Position numbers and translations under genes: made by a program
Shown here: piece by piece, positions 19,004-28,755 of the stretch
Layout of the letters: the number at the start of each line of letters is the position of its first letter
Position numbering within the stretch: position 1 is the stretch's first letter
NCBI GenBank assembly: GCA_050012075.1
Contig: JBEKHW010000004.1
Coordinates: forward strand, 8,864 to 72,863
From: Candidatus Omnitrophota bacterium
GTDB taxonomy: Bacteria > Omnitrophota > Gorgyraeia > Gygaellales > Profunditerraquicolaceae
Direction: 5' to 3'
Length of the DNA: 64,000 nucleotides
The notes under the pieces: model-generated
What the model saw: the letters and a program-made list of their open reading frames with translations, nothing else
Told to the model about the DNA's origin: nothing
The model's database searches: none

Positions 19004-19235
19004 CCGCCTCTTGAGACAGTAGTAAGCCTGGGAACAATCAGATTTGTAAAAAAATGCTGGTAGCCGAGATTGGAAGATTTCCGGCTTTTGCCGGAGCGTG
19101 CATTAGTCCGCCACAAATTTTGGCGGACAGCACGCGAGGCGAAAGACGGAAAGCTAATTTTGCATCCCCGCGAAAGTATGGACAAAACACGCTGATTTAT
19201 GAAAAAGATACGCCGCAGGAGATAGGAAGGAATTT

Positions 19236-20486
19236 ATGGAAAAAGCTCTGTTAGTGACTATACGGCTTAAGTCGGATAGGGACAATTGGAAGATGGATGA
19301 CGTAGCCGAAGAACTCGAAGAATTAACGCGTTCCGCAGGCGCTCAACCGGTGGACACTGTCAGCTGTTTCTGCGAAAAATTCACCCCAAATCTGCTTATC
19401 GGTAAAGGCAAGGTAGAAGAAATCGCCGGTATCTCCCAGGAAGAGAACGTTGATACCGTGATTTTTAGCGCCGACCTTTCCGGGACGCAGCAGAGGACGC
19501 TGGAAGAAATAATCGGCAAGAAAACCATTGACCGCACGCAGCTTATATTGGATATTTTTGCCCGCAGGGCAAAAAGCCCCGAGGGAAAAATGCAGGTGGA
19601 GCTGGCGCAGCTGGAATACCTTATACCCCGGCTCGTAGGCAAGGGGATAATGCTCTCGCGGTTAGGCGGCGGCATAGGGACAAGGGGCCCCGGAGAACAG
19701 AAGCTGGAAGTTGACCGCAGGCGTATCAGAAAACGCATTGATAAATTAAAGGAAGAGCTTAAGGGCGTAGTGCAACACCGTCTGGTCATGCGTAAGAAAA
19801 GAAAGGAGAACGCTGTCCCTGTTGCAGCACTCGTCGGTTACACTAACGCGGGAAAATCCACGCTTATGAACGCGCTTGCCAATGCCGAACAGCTGGTGCA
19901 GGACAGCCTCTTTACTACTCTGGATACTATTTTTAAAAATCTCCAACTGCCCGGAGGAGAGAATATCATTATTTCTGACACCGTCGGGTTCTTGCATAAC
20001 CTTCCGCATCATCTTATAGAAGCGTTTAAAGCGACACTGGAAGAAGTGGTAGAGGCGGATTTATTGATCCATGTCCTGGATGCTTCGCATCCAAAAGTAT
20101 ACGATCACGCGAAAGCGGTACTCCAGGTTTTAAAAGAACTAGGCGCCGATAAAAAACACCTTATTACAGCCCTTAATAAAATAGACTTGGCTAGCGATCC
20201 CCTATGGCTAAATAAACTTAAGGAAGATTTTTCTGACGCGGTCCTTATCTCTGCAAAACTAAAGACTAACCTGGATATATTGCTCGGGAAGATTCAGGAT
20301 AATTTCTCCCAGAGAATGATTGAAAAGGAGATACTGATTCCGCATTCCAGGATGGACCTGGTAGATTTATTCCATCGGGAAGGTAAGGTTATTAAGATAG
20401 AATATCTGCAGAAAGGCATAAAAATCAAGCTTAACCTGCCATTGATATTACATAATAAGCTATTACATTCAGGCCAGATAAAATAA
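19236..20486 (+). CDS. hflX: GTPase HflX
   Basis: HflX N-domain followed by a G-domain with [19 protein letters not shown] and NKID motifs. Confidence 0.85.
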   Translation: MEKALLVTIRLKSDRDNWKMDDVAEELEELTRSAGAQPVDTVSCFCEKFTPNLLIGKGKVEEIAGISQEENVDTVIFSADLSGTQQRTLEEIIGKKTIDRTQLILDIFARRAKSPEGKMQVELAQLEYLIPRLVGKGIMLSRLGGGIGTRGPGEQKLEVDRRRIRKRIDKLKEELKGVVQHRLVMRKKRKENAVPVAALVGYTNAGKSTLMNALANAEQLVQDSLFTTLDTIFKNLQLPGGENIIISDTVGFLHNLPHHLIEAFKATLEEVVEADLLIHVLDASHPKVYDHAKAVLQVLKELGADKKHLITALNKIDLASDPLWLNKLKEDFSDAVLISAKLKTNLDILLGKIQDNFSQRMIEKEILIPHSRMDLVDLFHREGKVIKIEYLQKGIKIKLNLPLILHNKLLHSGQIK

Positions 20487-20490
20487 TCTG

Positions 20491-21678
20491 TTGCGAATGA
20501 AGATCCTCCATATTACAACCGTTATCCATCCGTATCTGAATAATTTTATACGCGAAGAATCACTGAAAGAGGTTGTTAATGTTTTGGTGATAACCAAAGA
20601 TGGGCGGCCCGGGAAAGATTTTATAAAGAAAAACCTCGTAGTTACTTATATCCGGGGCGATACTTCTAATTTTGTATGCAGCAAGGATGAATCTTTATGC
20701 CGGGACGTTTTAGCGCATATCAATCATGAAAAGCCGGATGTTGTCAATTTCCAGTATTGTATCGGTATAGACATCCTTTCTATAATGGAAGAGCTCGTGC
20801 ATCGCGGTATCAAAATGGTAACTTTCCTTCACGACCATTTTTTATATTGCCCTAGGGTAACAAACCTGAATAATAAGGAAAATATCTGCACAGGCGCGTT
20901 TCATTCCTGCTCTTCTTGCTGCATATATGATTATTTTTCAAAGAAAACTGGACTTACTCCCGATTATTGGGTTTCTCGGAAGAAAATGACGGCGATAAAG
21001 ATAATGAGTTTATTTGATGCCGTCATCTGCCCTTCGCATAGCTTAAAGAATAAATTAGACGGGCTTTTTCCTTGGTTCAAAGATAAGACCGTCGTCAGGT
21101 ATTCTGGGGTAAAAAAATATGGCTGCAAGAGGCGCATCATCCGAGGGATAAAGACGATCGGCTATTGTGGATCAGTTACGTATCAGAAGGGGATAGATTA
21201 TTTTCTGGAGGCATTTGATAGGGCTTGCCGCCAAAGGGATATCAATTTACTTTTAGCAATCCGGCGTCCGGAACCAAAGACTTTTAATAAGGTTTACAAG
21301 ATTATACGTAGGAATCCCCGTATTCAATTTATGTGGGATGTGCCGTATGAAAAAATCTATAGTAAATTTTATCGGCGCATTGACCTTTTGGTGATCCCTT
21401 CGATTTTCCAGGAGCCGGGCCCATTAGTGCTTTGGGAGGCTTTTGTTCATGGGATCCCCGTGCTTGTCCCTGAAATTGACAGTATTGTTGAGAAAGTCAA
21501 GGTAGGCGTTAACGCATTGGTCTTTAAGTATAAATCGAGTCCTGACCTGGAGAAGCAAATCAAGTATGCCGTAGATAAATTTCCATTTTGCTTTGATGAT
21601 AGTTCTAATTGGTATACCCCTATGAAACAGCATGTATCGGAGATAAGGAAACTTTATAGGACTACTAATATCTGTTAG
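20491..21678 (+). CDS. Glycosyltransferase family 4 (GT-B, group 1) with a Cys-rich N-terminal insert
   Basis: The C-terminus has the GT1 motif E..G..LWEAFVHGIPV. The N-terminal region carries a CxxC...CxxC-like cluster (CPRV...CTGAFHSCSSCC). Confidence 0.7.
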   Translation: MRMKILHITTVIHPYLNNFIREESLKEVVNVLVITKDGRPGKDFIKKNLVVTYIRGDTSNFVCSKDESLCRDVLAHINHEKPDVVNFQYCIGIDILSIMEELVHRGIKMVTFLHDHFLYCPRVTNLNNKENICTGAFHSCSSCCIYDYFSKKTGLTPDYWVSRKKMTAIKIMSLFDAVICPSHSLKNKLDGLFPWFKDKTVVRYSGVKKYGCKRRIIRGIKTIGYCGSVTYQKGIDYFLEAFDRACRQRDINLLLAIRRPEPKTFNKVYKIIRRNPRIQFMWDVPYEKIYSKFYRRIDLLVIPSIFQEPGPLVLWEAFVHGIPVLVPEIDSIVEKVKVGVNALVFKYKSSPDLEKQIKYAVDKFPFCFDDSSNWYTPMKQHVSEIRKLYRTTNIC

Positions 21679-21706
21679 ATTATCTAACGATTTCTATTGA
21701 AAATAC

Positions 21707-21735
21707 TTGACAAAATAATTAGATTATGCTATATT
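21707..21735 (+). promoter_or_regulatory. Putative sigma70 promoter (TTGACA-17-TATATT) for the MerR-like gene
   Basis: Read directly, about 35 nt upstream of the SD GGAGCAAGGATG. Confidence 0.4.
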
Positions 21736-21769
21736 TAGTCTAGGATGAGAGAGGGGGAAAGGAGCAAGG

Positions 21770-22030
21770 ATGCCTCTGTACGATATCCAGATTAGCCCTG
21801 ATGAGCCGGTATATGTGATTAGTGTAGTGAGTAGACTGGTGACATTGCCGGTATGGACATTGCGCCAACTGGATAAAGCCGGGATTGTTTCTCCTAAGAG
21901 AATAGGCAAGAAGAGCCGTCTTTATTCCTTGAAAGATATGCGAAGGTTAGAATACGTGCATTACCTCATGGAAGTCAGGCATGTGAATATACACGGTATA
22001 AAAATTATTCTTGAAAAAGAGAAAGAGTAA
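21770..22030 (+). CDS. MerR-family transcriptional regulator (small, HspR-like position upstream of the hrcA-grpE-dnaK-dnaJ genes)
   Basis: 86 aa. The N-terminal segment VYVISVVSRLVTLPVWTLRQLDKAGIVSP is a MerR-type HTH. Confidence 0.6.
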   Translation: MPLYDIQISPDEPVYVISVVSRLVTLPVWTLRQLDKAGIVSPKRIGKKSRLYSLKDMRRLEYVHYLMEVRHVNIHGIKIILEKEKE

Positions 22031-22178
22031 ATTTTTTTGACTTAATGTTAGCACTCTGCTTCGTGGACTGCGACCCCCCAGCAGGCAAGTTCTTATCAGG
22101 AGAACTTAAAGAAAATGCAAAGGTAGTGATGGATTTGGACTCGAATAAAAAGATCGTATTTAAGGCAGGATGATTCAA

Positions 22179-22206
22179 TTGACAAACTATTAATTTATGT
22201 TAAAAT
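22179..22206 (+). promoter_or_regulatory. Putative sigma70 promoter (TTGACA-16-TAAAAT) of the heat-shock operon
   Basis: Read directly. It ends 6 nt before the CIRCE element. Confidence 0.45.
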
Positions 22207-22212
22207 TACCTT

Positions 22213-22239
22213 TTAGCATTCGAAAGGAAAGAGTGCTAA
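22213..22239 (+). promoter_or_regulatory. CIRCE operator (HrcA binding site)
   Basis: TTAGCATTC-N9-GAGTGCTAA matches the CIRCE consensus TTAGCACTC-N9-GAGTGCTAA with one mismatch. It lies about 35 nt upstream of hrcA. Confidence 0.7.
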
Positions 22240-22273
22240 AAGGCTTGTTATTGCGGTAGGCAGGGAGCCATAT

Positions 22274-23011
22274 ATGGTAAGAAACGTTGACTACGATACA
22301 AGAAGAAGAGCGATTTTAGCGGCAACCATTGACAGGTATATCAAGAATGCGCAACCGGTTGCTTCAGAGGATATTGCCAGGGAATTTGATTTAAGTTCCG
22401 CGACTATCCGTAATATATTTGCCGAGCTTGAGGAATCCGGCTATCTTACCCACCCGCATACTTCAGGCGGCAGGCTTCCTACGAATAAAGGTTACCGTTA
22501 TTACGTGGATTTCCTTACGTCCCAGATGGAACTTCTGGATGAGGAAAAAGAGCGGATTTTAAAGGGTTACAAGAGAGAAATCAAGATACTTGAAGAAGCG
22601 CTGGAGGAGACCTCTGAGCTTATCTCCGCGGTAACCCATTACGCGGGCATAGTGTCTTTTATGGAGTGGCACGATAAGTTGTTTTACAGGGGGATAAGCA
22701 GGATTTTAGAACATCCCGAATTCCACGATTTCGAAAAAGTAAGGGTGCTGTTCAAGATTATTGAGGATAAAAAGAGGCTGCTCGAAATCATAAATCGCGA
22801 TTTCGATGAAAGGATAAAAGTCTATATCGGCCAGGAACTGGGCTGCCCTGAAATGGAGAATTGTTCTTTGGTAATTTCAAGCTATCGCATTAATAACCGG
22901 CTCTCTGGAAGAGTGGCGGTCTTGGGCCCGCAGCGGATGGAGTACAACCATATTATACCGGCCCTGGAATATATATCGGACGTATTAACGACTGTTTTGG
23001 GGAATATTTAG
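22274..23011 (+). CDS. hrcA: Heat-inducible transcription repressor HrcA (short form, 245 aa)
   Basis: The N-terminal winged helix has SATIRNIFAELEESGYL...GRLPTNKGYRYYVD. The C-terminus has GRVAVLGPQRMEY. Confidence 0.85.
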   Translation: MVRNVDYDTRRRAILAATIDRYIKNAQPVASEDIAREFDLSSATIRNIFAELEESGYLTHPHTSGGRLPTNKGYRYYVDFLTSQMELLDEEKERILKGYKREIKILEEALEETSELISAVTHYAGIVSFMEWHDKLFYRGISRILEHPEFHDFEKVRVLFKIIEDKKRLLEIINRDFDERIKVYIGQELGCPEMENCSLVISSYRINNRLSGRVAVLGPQRMEYNHIIPALEYISDVLTTVLGNI

Positions 23012-23012
23012 A

Positions 23013-23546
23013 ATGGAAAAGGAAGAGCATAAAAACCAGGATCATAAAGAAGAAGCAAAGACAGTTACTTTGCCTGAAGTTGAATACGCAAAGCTTAAGG
23101 AAGAGGCGGAAAAAGCCAAGGAATACTGGGATAAGTTACTGCGGCTTCAGGCGGAATTTGAAAATAGCCGCAAGCGTATTGAGAAGGAAAAACAGGATTA
23201 CATAAAGTTCGCAAACGAAGAAGTAATCCTGGAGTTATTGAACATACTGGATGATTTGGAGCGCGTTGTGGAATTGGCTCAGGCAAAACATGAGGATTTG
23301 CCTGCTTTTTTGAAAGGCGTGGAAATGATATTAGCGCATCTTTATGATATGATTAAGGAGCACGGCGTAAAACCTATTGATGCTACAGGTAAGATTTTTG
23401 ACCCGCATTGCCATGAGGCGCTTATGCAAGTTGAAAACAAGGATGTGCCGGAGCATACCGTGCTTGAAGAGTTGCAAAAGGGTTATATGTTGAACGATAG
23501 GGTGATTAGAACTGCGAAGGTGAAGGTGTCCAAGAAGGGCACTTAA
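23013..23546 (+). CDS. grpE: Nucleotide exchange factor GrpE
   Basis: Coiled-coil N-terminus and a GrpE C-terminal domain. Lies between hrcA and dnaK. Confidence 0.85.
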   Translation: MEKEEHKNQDHKEEAKTVTLPEVEYAKLKEEAEKAKEYWDKLLRLQAEFENSRKRIEKEKQDYIKFANEEVILELLNILDDLERVVELAQAKHEDLPAFLKGVEMILAHLYDMIKEHGVKPIDATGKIFDPHCHEALMQVENKDVPEHTVLEELQKGYMLNDRVIRTAKVKVSKKGT

Positions 23547-23629
23547 TAAATATGACATTATACTCCCACATAGTGCGGAGTTAAATAAGCCATAAGCGCC
23601 AGGGGCATGGCTTATTTAAGGAGGGTAAA

Positions 23630-25525
23630 ATGGCAAAAGTAATCGGTATCGATTTAGGGACTTCTAATTCGGCAGCTGCGGTAATGGAAGGCGGCAGGCC
23701 TGTGATTATACCTTCTGCGGAAGGCGCGGGTGTGGCTTCCGGAAAGGCATTCCCTTCTTATGTCGCTTTTACAAAGGACGGCCAGCGTCTTGTCGGTGAA
23801 CCTGCCCGCAGGCAGGCGGCAATTAACGCTGAAGGGACAATCCAGGCTGCCAAGCGCAAGATGGGCACGGACGATAAATTCAAGGTTTTTGGCAAGGAGT
23901 ATACGCCGCAGCAAATCTCCGCGTTTATCCTGCAGAAGATAAAACAGGACGCGGAGGCGTACCTGGGCGAGAAAGTTGAAGAGGCAGTAATTACCTGCCC
24001 TGCTTATTTCAATGATAACCAGAGGACCGCTACAAAAGACGCCGGAGAAATAGCGGGCTTAAAGGTGTTACGCATAATCAATGAGCCTACGGCAGCATGC
24101 CTTGCCTATGGTTTAGAGAAGGCCCAAAAAGCGCAAAAGATCATGGTTTTTGATTTAGGCGGCGGGACCCTGGATGTCACCATAATGGAGATGGACCAGG
24201 GTGTTTTTCACGTGCAATCAACTTCAGGCGATACGCAGCTGGGTGGCACAGATATGGACAAGGTTCTGCTTGAGTATATCGCCGGGCAGTTTAAGCGCGA
24301 AACTGGAATAGAGCTTCTGAATGATAAAATGGCAGTGCAAAGGGTGCGCGAGGCAGCAGAAAAGGCCAAGATCGAATTATCTTCGACTGTCAGCACGGAT
24401 ATCAATCTTCCTTTTATTACGGCGGATGCGACAGGGCCTAAACATTTGACTATGAATATTACCCGCGCAAAACTGGAAGACCTGATTTCTCCGATTATTC
24501 AAAGGTGCCGCCATCCAATGGAACAGGCGCTCTCGGATGCAAAGTTGACCAGTAGCGAAATCGACCGCATTATCATGGTGGGTGGTCCAACAAGGATGCC
24601 TATCGTGCAGAAGTTCGTCGAAGATTACGTGGGCAAGAAGATAGAGCGTGGGGTTGACCCTATGGAATGCGTTGCTTTGGGTGCCGCGATTCAGGCAGCG
24701 ATCATTACCGGAGAGGTCAAAGACGTTCTTCTTCTGGATGTTACCCCGCTTTCCCTGGGTATTGAAACATTGGGAGGGGTAAACACAAAATTAATAGAGA
24801 GGAACGCTTCTATCCCTACTCAAAAAAGCCAGGTTTTTTCTACTGCGGCGGATAACCAGACCGCGGTTACCATCAGGGTCCTGCAGGGTGAGCGCCAGAT
24901 GGCAGACGATAACGTGGAATTAGGAAGGTTTGACCTGGTGGGTATACCGCCAGCACCCAGGGGTGTACCGCAAATTGAAGTAAAATTTGATATTGACCGG
25001 GACGGGATTGTGCATGTTTCAGCAAAGGATTTAGGCACCGGTAAAGAACAATCTATCCGTATCACCGCGCCCAAGAAACTCTCCAAGGAAGAAATAGACA
25101 AGATGGTCAGGGACGCGGAGAAATTTGCGGCTGAGGATACCAAGAAAAAAGAAGAGGTTGAAACTGTCAATCAGGCAGATACCCTGGTTTATGCCACTGA
25201 AAAATCCCTTAAGGATTTCGGGGATAAAGTCAGCCAGAGTGAGCGTGCCGACATAGAGGCCAGGACAAATGATTTGAAGGCAGCGATTAAAGATAAAAAC
25301 GTGGACAGGATTAAGAAAGGCATGGAAGATTTGACCCGCGCTTCGCATAAATTAGCCGAAGAGATATACAAGCAGGCAGGCGCAAAGCAGCAGCAGTCTC
25401 AGCAGCCAGGGCAGGGCCAAGGGCCTCAGCAGGAAGCACAAGAAGAGCCAAAGGGCTCCGCAGGCGGAAAAGAAGATGTGATTGACGCGGAGTTCAAGGA
25501 AGAGGACGATAAAAATAGTAAATAG
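23630..25525 (+). CDS. dnaK: Molecular chaperone DnaK (Hsp70)
   Basis: [19 protein letters not shown] and a C-terminal Gly/Gln-rich tail ending EEDDKNSK. Confidence 0.95.
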   Translation: MAKVIGIDLGTSNSAAAVMEGGRPVIIPSAEGAGVASGKAFPSYVAFTKDGQRLVGEPARRQAAINAEGTIQAAKRKMGTDDKFKVFGKEYTPQQISAFILQKIKQDAEAYLGEKVEEAVITCPAYFNDNQRTATKDAGEIAGLKVLRIINEPTAACLAYGLEKAQKAQKIMVFDLGGGTLDVTIMEMDQGVFHVQSTSGDTQLGGTDMDKVLLEYIAGQFKRETGIELLNDKMAVQRVREAAEKAKIELSSTVSTDINLPFITADATGPKHLTMNITRAKLEDLISPIIQRCRHPMEQALSDAKLTSSEIDRIIMVGGPTRMPIVQKFVEDYVGKKIERGVDPMECVALGAAIQAAIITGEVKDVLLLDVTPLSLGIETLGGVNTKLIERNASIPTQKSQVFSTAADNQTAVTIRVLQGERQMADDNVELGRFDLVGIPPAPRGVPQIEVKFDIDRDGIVHVSAKDLGTGKEQSIRITAPKKLSKEEIDKMVRDAEKFAAEDTKKKEEVETVNQADTLVYATEKSLKDFGDKVSQSERADIEARTNDLKAAIKDKNVDRIKKGMEDLTRASHKLAEEIYKQAGAKQQQSQQPGQGQGPQQEAQEEPKGSAGGKEDVIDAEFKEEDDKNSK

Positions 25526-25592
25526 TTCATAGTTGATAGTTCATAGTAAAATATTGTACCATTAACCATGAACAATGAACTATGAACCATTA
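25521..25592 (+). repeat. Family-A palindromic element copy 1: 2x AGTTCATAGT, an A-rich loop, then 2x inverted units
   Basis: TAGTTCATAGTTGATAGTTCATAGT...CATGAACAATGAACTATGAACC. It starts at the dnaK stop codon. Confidence 0.6.
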
Positions 25593-25596
25593 TATA

Positions 25597-26754
25597 ATGA
25601 GCACTAAACGCGACTATTATGAATTACTGGGTGTAAAAAAGAACGCAACCCTTGATGAGATAAAGAAAGCTTACCGGGAGTTGGCGTTGAGGTTCCATCC
25701 TGACCGCGTTCCCCACGAGCAGAAAAAGGAAGCGGAAGAGAAATTTAAAGAGATCTCCGAGGCCTACGCAGTCCTGTCAGATTCCCAGAAGCGTGCGCTT
25801 TACGATCAGTACGGGCATTCCGGAATAGACCAGAAATACGCCTATGAGGATATATTCAAAGGCGCTGATTTTTCAACTATTTTTCAGGATTTAGGTGATT
25901 ACGGCGTTGGAGGAGGGCTTTTTGAAGATATTTTTAGCGACCTGGGGTTTGATATTTTCGGAGGAAGGTCTTCTTCCCGTGGTACGGGAAGGCGCAGGGG
26001 CCGTGATTTACAGATAGCAGTTTCTATTACCCTCGAGGAAGCAGCTACGGGAACTGAAAAGACAATAAGCGTCCCCCGTTATGAAACTTGTTTTACCTGT
26101 TCAGGAAGCGGCGCAAAGCCGGGGACAAAAAGAATTACCTGTCCTCAGTGCAGAGGTTCCGGCCGCACGGTCGTATCAAACGGATTTTTCCAAATGGCAC
26201 AGACCTGTTCACGCTGCAGAGGAGAGGGCTCTACGATTCAGGCGCCCTGCCCTGATTGCCGTGGTGAAGGCAGGACAAAAGTCACCCACAAGATAAAGGT
26301 CAAGATACCTGCCGGAGTAGACAATAACTCAAGCCTCAGGGTCAGGGGTGAGGGTGAGGTAGGTGCTGCAGGCCATGGAGACCTGTATGTAGTGATTGAA
26401 GTAATGCCCCATTCTGTTTTTGAGCGGCATGATAACGATATAATTACTCAGGTGGGTATAAGTTTAAGCAAGGCGATCCTGGGAGGAGAAATAGAGGTCC
26501 ATACGTTAAACGGGAAAGCCAGTATGAAAATTCCGCAAGGCACGCAATCAGGAAGGATTTTCAGGTTAAAGGGGAAAGGGATACCGGATTTGCACGGTAG
26601 GGGGATAGGGGACGAGTTAATAAAAGTAGATGTCCAGATACCTGTTAGGTTGACACCCGAACAGCGTAAGCTGATTGAGGAGTTTGCCAGGCTTTCGGGG
26701 GAACAGGTAAATTCAGAAACTTTTACAGAAAGAATAAAGAAAACTTTTCGATAG
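25597..26754 (+). CDS. dnaJ: Molecular chaperone DnaJ
   Basis: J-domain with HPD, a Gly/Phe region, and four CxxCxGxG zinc-finger repeats. The internal Met ([13 protein letters not shown]) is preferred as the start. Confidence 0.9.
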   Translation: MSTKRDYYELLGVKKNATLDEIKKAYRELALRFHPDRVPHEQKKEAEEKFKEISEAYAVLSDSQKRALYDQYGHSGIDQKYAYEDIFKGADFSTIFQDLGDYGVGGGLFEDIFSDLGFDIFGGRSSSRGTGRRRGRDLQIAVSITLEEAATGTEKTISVPRYETCFTCSGSGAKPGTKRITCPQCRGSGRTVVSNGFFQMAQTCSRCRGEGSTIQAPCPDCRGEGRTKVTHKIKVKIPAGVDNNSSLRVRGEGEVGAAGHGDLYVVIEVMPHSVFERHDNDIITQVGISLSKAILGGEIEVHTLNGKASMKIPQGTQSGRIFRLKGKGIPDLHGRGIGDELIKVDVQIPVRLTPEQRKLIEEFARLSGEQVNSETFTERIKKTFR

Positions 26755-26824
26755 TTCATAGTTAATAGTTAATGGTTCATGGTACGAGTCTTACTATGAA
26801 CTATGCACCATGAACTATGAACTA
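26752..26824 (+). repeat. Family-A palindromic element copy 2
   Basis: TAGTTCATAGTTAATAGTTAATGGTTCATGG...CTATGAACTATGCACCATGAACTATGAACT. It starts at the dnaJ stop codon. Confidence 0.6.
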
Positions 26825-26849
26825 AATTCAATAAGGAGTTGGTTAAAAA

Positions 26850-27116
26850 ATGCCTACATACGAATACGAATGTTCACATTGCGGTCATAAGTTTGAATTA
26901 TCTCAGAAGATGACTGACAAGCCGGTAGAGAAGTGCCCTGAATGCCATAAGAAAGTCAGGCGCCTTATCGGCAGCGGCTCAGGTATTATTTTTAAAGGAA
27001 GCGGATTTTACGCCACGGATTACCGCAAGGGCTCGAAAGGCGAAGCGCAAAAATCCAAACCAGCTACCTGCCCGAAGGCGAAAGACGGTTGTAATGCCTG
27101 CCGGAAAATGGATTAA
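26850..27116 (+). CDS. FmdB-family zinc-ribbon protein
   Basis: MPTYEYEC.HCGH...CPEC, the typical FmdB/putative regulatory Zn-ribbon N-terminus. Confidence 0.6.
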   Translation: MPTYEYECSHCGHKFELSQKMTDKPVEKCPECHKKVRRLIGSGSGIIFKGSGFYATDYRKGSKGEAQKSKPATCPKAKDGCNACRKMD

Positions 27117-27119
27117 TAT

Positions 27120-27476
27120 ATGTCAGAGAGAATAATGTCCTGGTTCCTGGTAATATTCTGGATGGGGGCTATTTTTTATTTTTCTTCTATCCCCGGGAGA
27201 AATATTCCAGCCATATTCCCCTTTCAGGATGTGGTATTGCATATTTTTGTTTACGCGATATTAGGGGCATTCTTTGCCGCCGCATTAAAGAATACTTTTC
27301 CCGGGGTCACGTTACTTAAGTCAATAATCTTTGTGGTTATTTTTGGTTTCCTATACGGATTGAGTGATGAATGGCATCAGGGTTTTGTACCCGGCAGGAC
27401 GGTTTCCGGCCTCGATGTATTTTCTGATGTCTTAGGTTCGCTGGCAGGAGGATGGCTTTACCAATGGCGGAAATAA
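27120..27476 (+). CDS. VanZ-like family membrane protein
   Basis: 118 aa with 3-4 TM helices and a DEWHQ.FVPGR motif typical of VanZ-like proteins. Confidence 0.5.
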   Translation: MSERIMSWFLVIFWMGAIFYFSSIPGRNIPAIFPFQDVVLHIFVYAILGAFFAAALKNTFPGVTLLKSIIFVVIFGFLYGLSDEWHQGFVPGRTVSGLDVFSDVLGSLAGGWLYQWRK

Positions 27477-28753
27477 AGCCGTTTAAAGCGGCAATTTATA
27501 ATCAGGAAAAGGTAAAAGACCTGTCGAAAGTAATCTGTCCGCCTTATGACATCATTTCACCGGCACAACAGGAGCGTTTCCATGAGAAAGACCCCCATAA
27601 TTTTATTTGTCTACTCCTTGGTAAGGATATCCCCGGAGAAGACAAGTATGTGCGCGCAGCCCAATATTTAAAGGAATGGTTTAACGAGAATATACTTGTC
27701 GAGGATAATGAACCGGCAATATATTTTTACACCCACGAGTATAGAATACAGGGGGAGAAAAAGACGCGGTTTGGATTTATCTGCCTCTTAAAGCTTCCGG
27801 ATAAGCAAAAATCTGTTTTTGTGCATGAGCATACGCGCCTGGCCCCGAAACAGGACAGGCTTAAACTCCTACGCCGCACAAAAGCAAACTTAAGCCCGAT
27901 ATTCGTAATCTTCCAGGATAAGAAGCGTATTATTCAGTATATCTCTAAAAATGGCATTGAAGGCACTTCTCCTTTTATTACTGTCTATGAAGAAGGCAAT
28001 ATCCATAAATTATGGAGGCTTTCTTCAGGGGATTTAGTGGTGCGGGTAGAGGAGGGTCTGCGCAATGAAAATATTTTCATCGCCGACGGCCACCACCGTT
28101 ACGAAGTAGCATGCATTTACCGGGAAGAAATGAGGAAAAGGCTGGGAGATAAGTTTACGGGCAGGGAAGATTTTAATTATGTCATGGCATATTTTACCAA
28201 TACCGACCAGCGAGGCCTGTCTATATTGCCTATACACCGCCTAATAAGATTAGGGAACGCCTTAGATATCGAGGACTTTAAGTCAAAACTTAAAGAACAT
28301 TTCAGTATCGAAGAGGTAAAAGAAAAAACGCGCTTCTTCTTCCTCATGCAGAAGGGCGGCCGCACGGAGAATGTCCTCGGCATGTATATGAAGGCAAGGT
28401 TTTACCTTTTGCGCCTGAAGAATATAAAGATCCTGGATAAGGCGATGGGCGATAAGCCCAAAGCTTATCGTACCCTCGATGTTTCCATATTGAACTCCTT
28501 AATTTTAAGGAATATTCTTGGGTTTGAGGAAAATGACAAAGAGAATATCGTTTACACCGTTAGTAGCCAGGAGGCGATTGCCGCAGTAGACAGCGCTTCT
28601 TTTGACCTGGTTTTTTTCTTGAATCCCGTGGATATCCAGCGGATAATTGCCGTAGCGCTTGCAGAAGAAAGAATGCCGCCAAAATCGACTTATTTTTATC
28701 CCAAGGTTATGTCGGGCCTGGTGGCAAGAAAATTTAACTCTAATCGGGAGTAG
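27452..28753 (+). CDS. DUF1015-family protein (function unknown)
   Basis: Contains the conserved DUF1015 blocks SPIFVIF and IADGHHRYEVA. Confidence 0.6.
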   Translation: MALPMAEIKPFKAAIYNQEKVKDLSKVICPPYDIISPAQQERFHEKDPHNFICLLLGKDIPGEDKYVRAAQYLKEWFNENILVEDNEPAIYFYTHEYRIQGEKKTRFGFICLLKLPDKQKSVFVHEHTRLAPKQDRLKLLRRTKANLSPIFVIFQDKKRIIQYISKNGIEGTSPFITVYEEGNIHKLWRLSSGDLVVRVEEGLRNENIFIADGHHRYEVACIYREEMRKRLGDKFTGREDFNYVMAYFTNTDQRGLSILPIHRLIRLGNALDIEDFKSKLKEHFSIEEVKEKTRFFFLMQKGGRTENVLGMYMKARFYLLRLKNIKILDKAMGDKPKAYRTLDVSILNSLILRNILGFEENDKENIVYTVSSQEAIAAVDSASFDLVFFLNPVDIQRIIAVALAEERMPPKSTYFYPKVMSGLVARKFNSNRE

Positions 28754-28755
28754 AT

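Noticed and set aside
19000-19254. Short ORFs 19000-19185 (-) and 19054-19254 (+) in the miaA-hflX spacer
   Set aside because: These are low-complexity translations of a GC-rich, hairpin-dense region with no SD context. An RNA or structural element is more likely.
22048-22074. Second CIRCE-like site (TTAGCACTC...)
   Set aside because: Only the left half matches. The right half after N9 is GACTGCGAC, not GAGTGCTAA. It is likely a fortuitous half-site.
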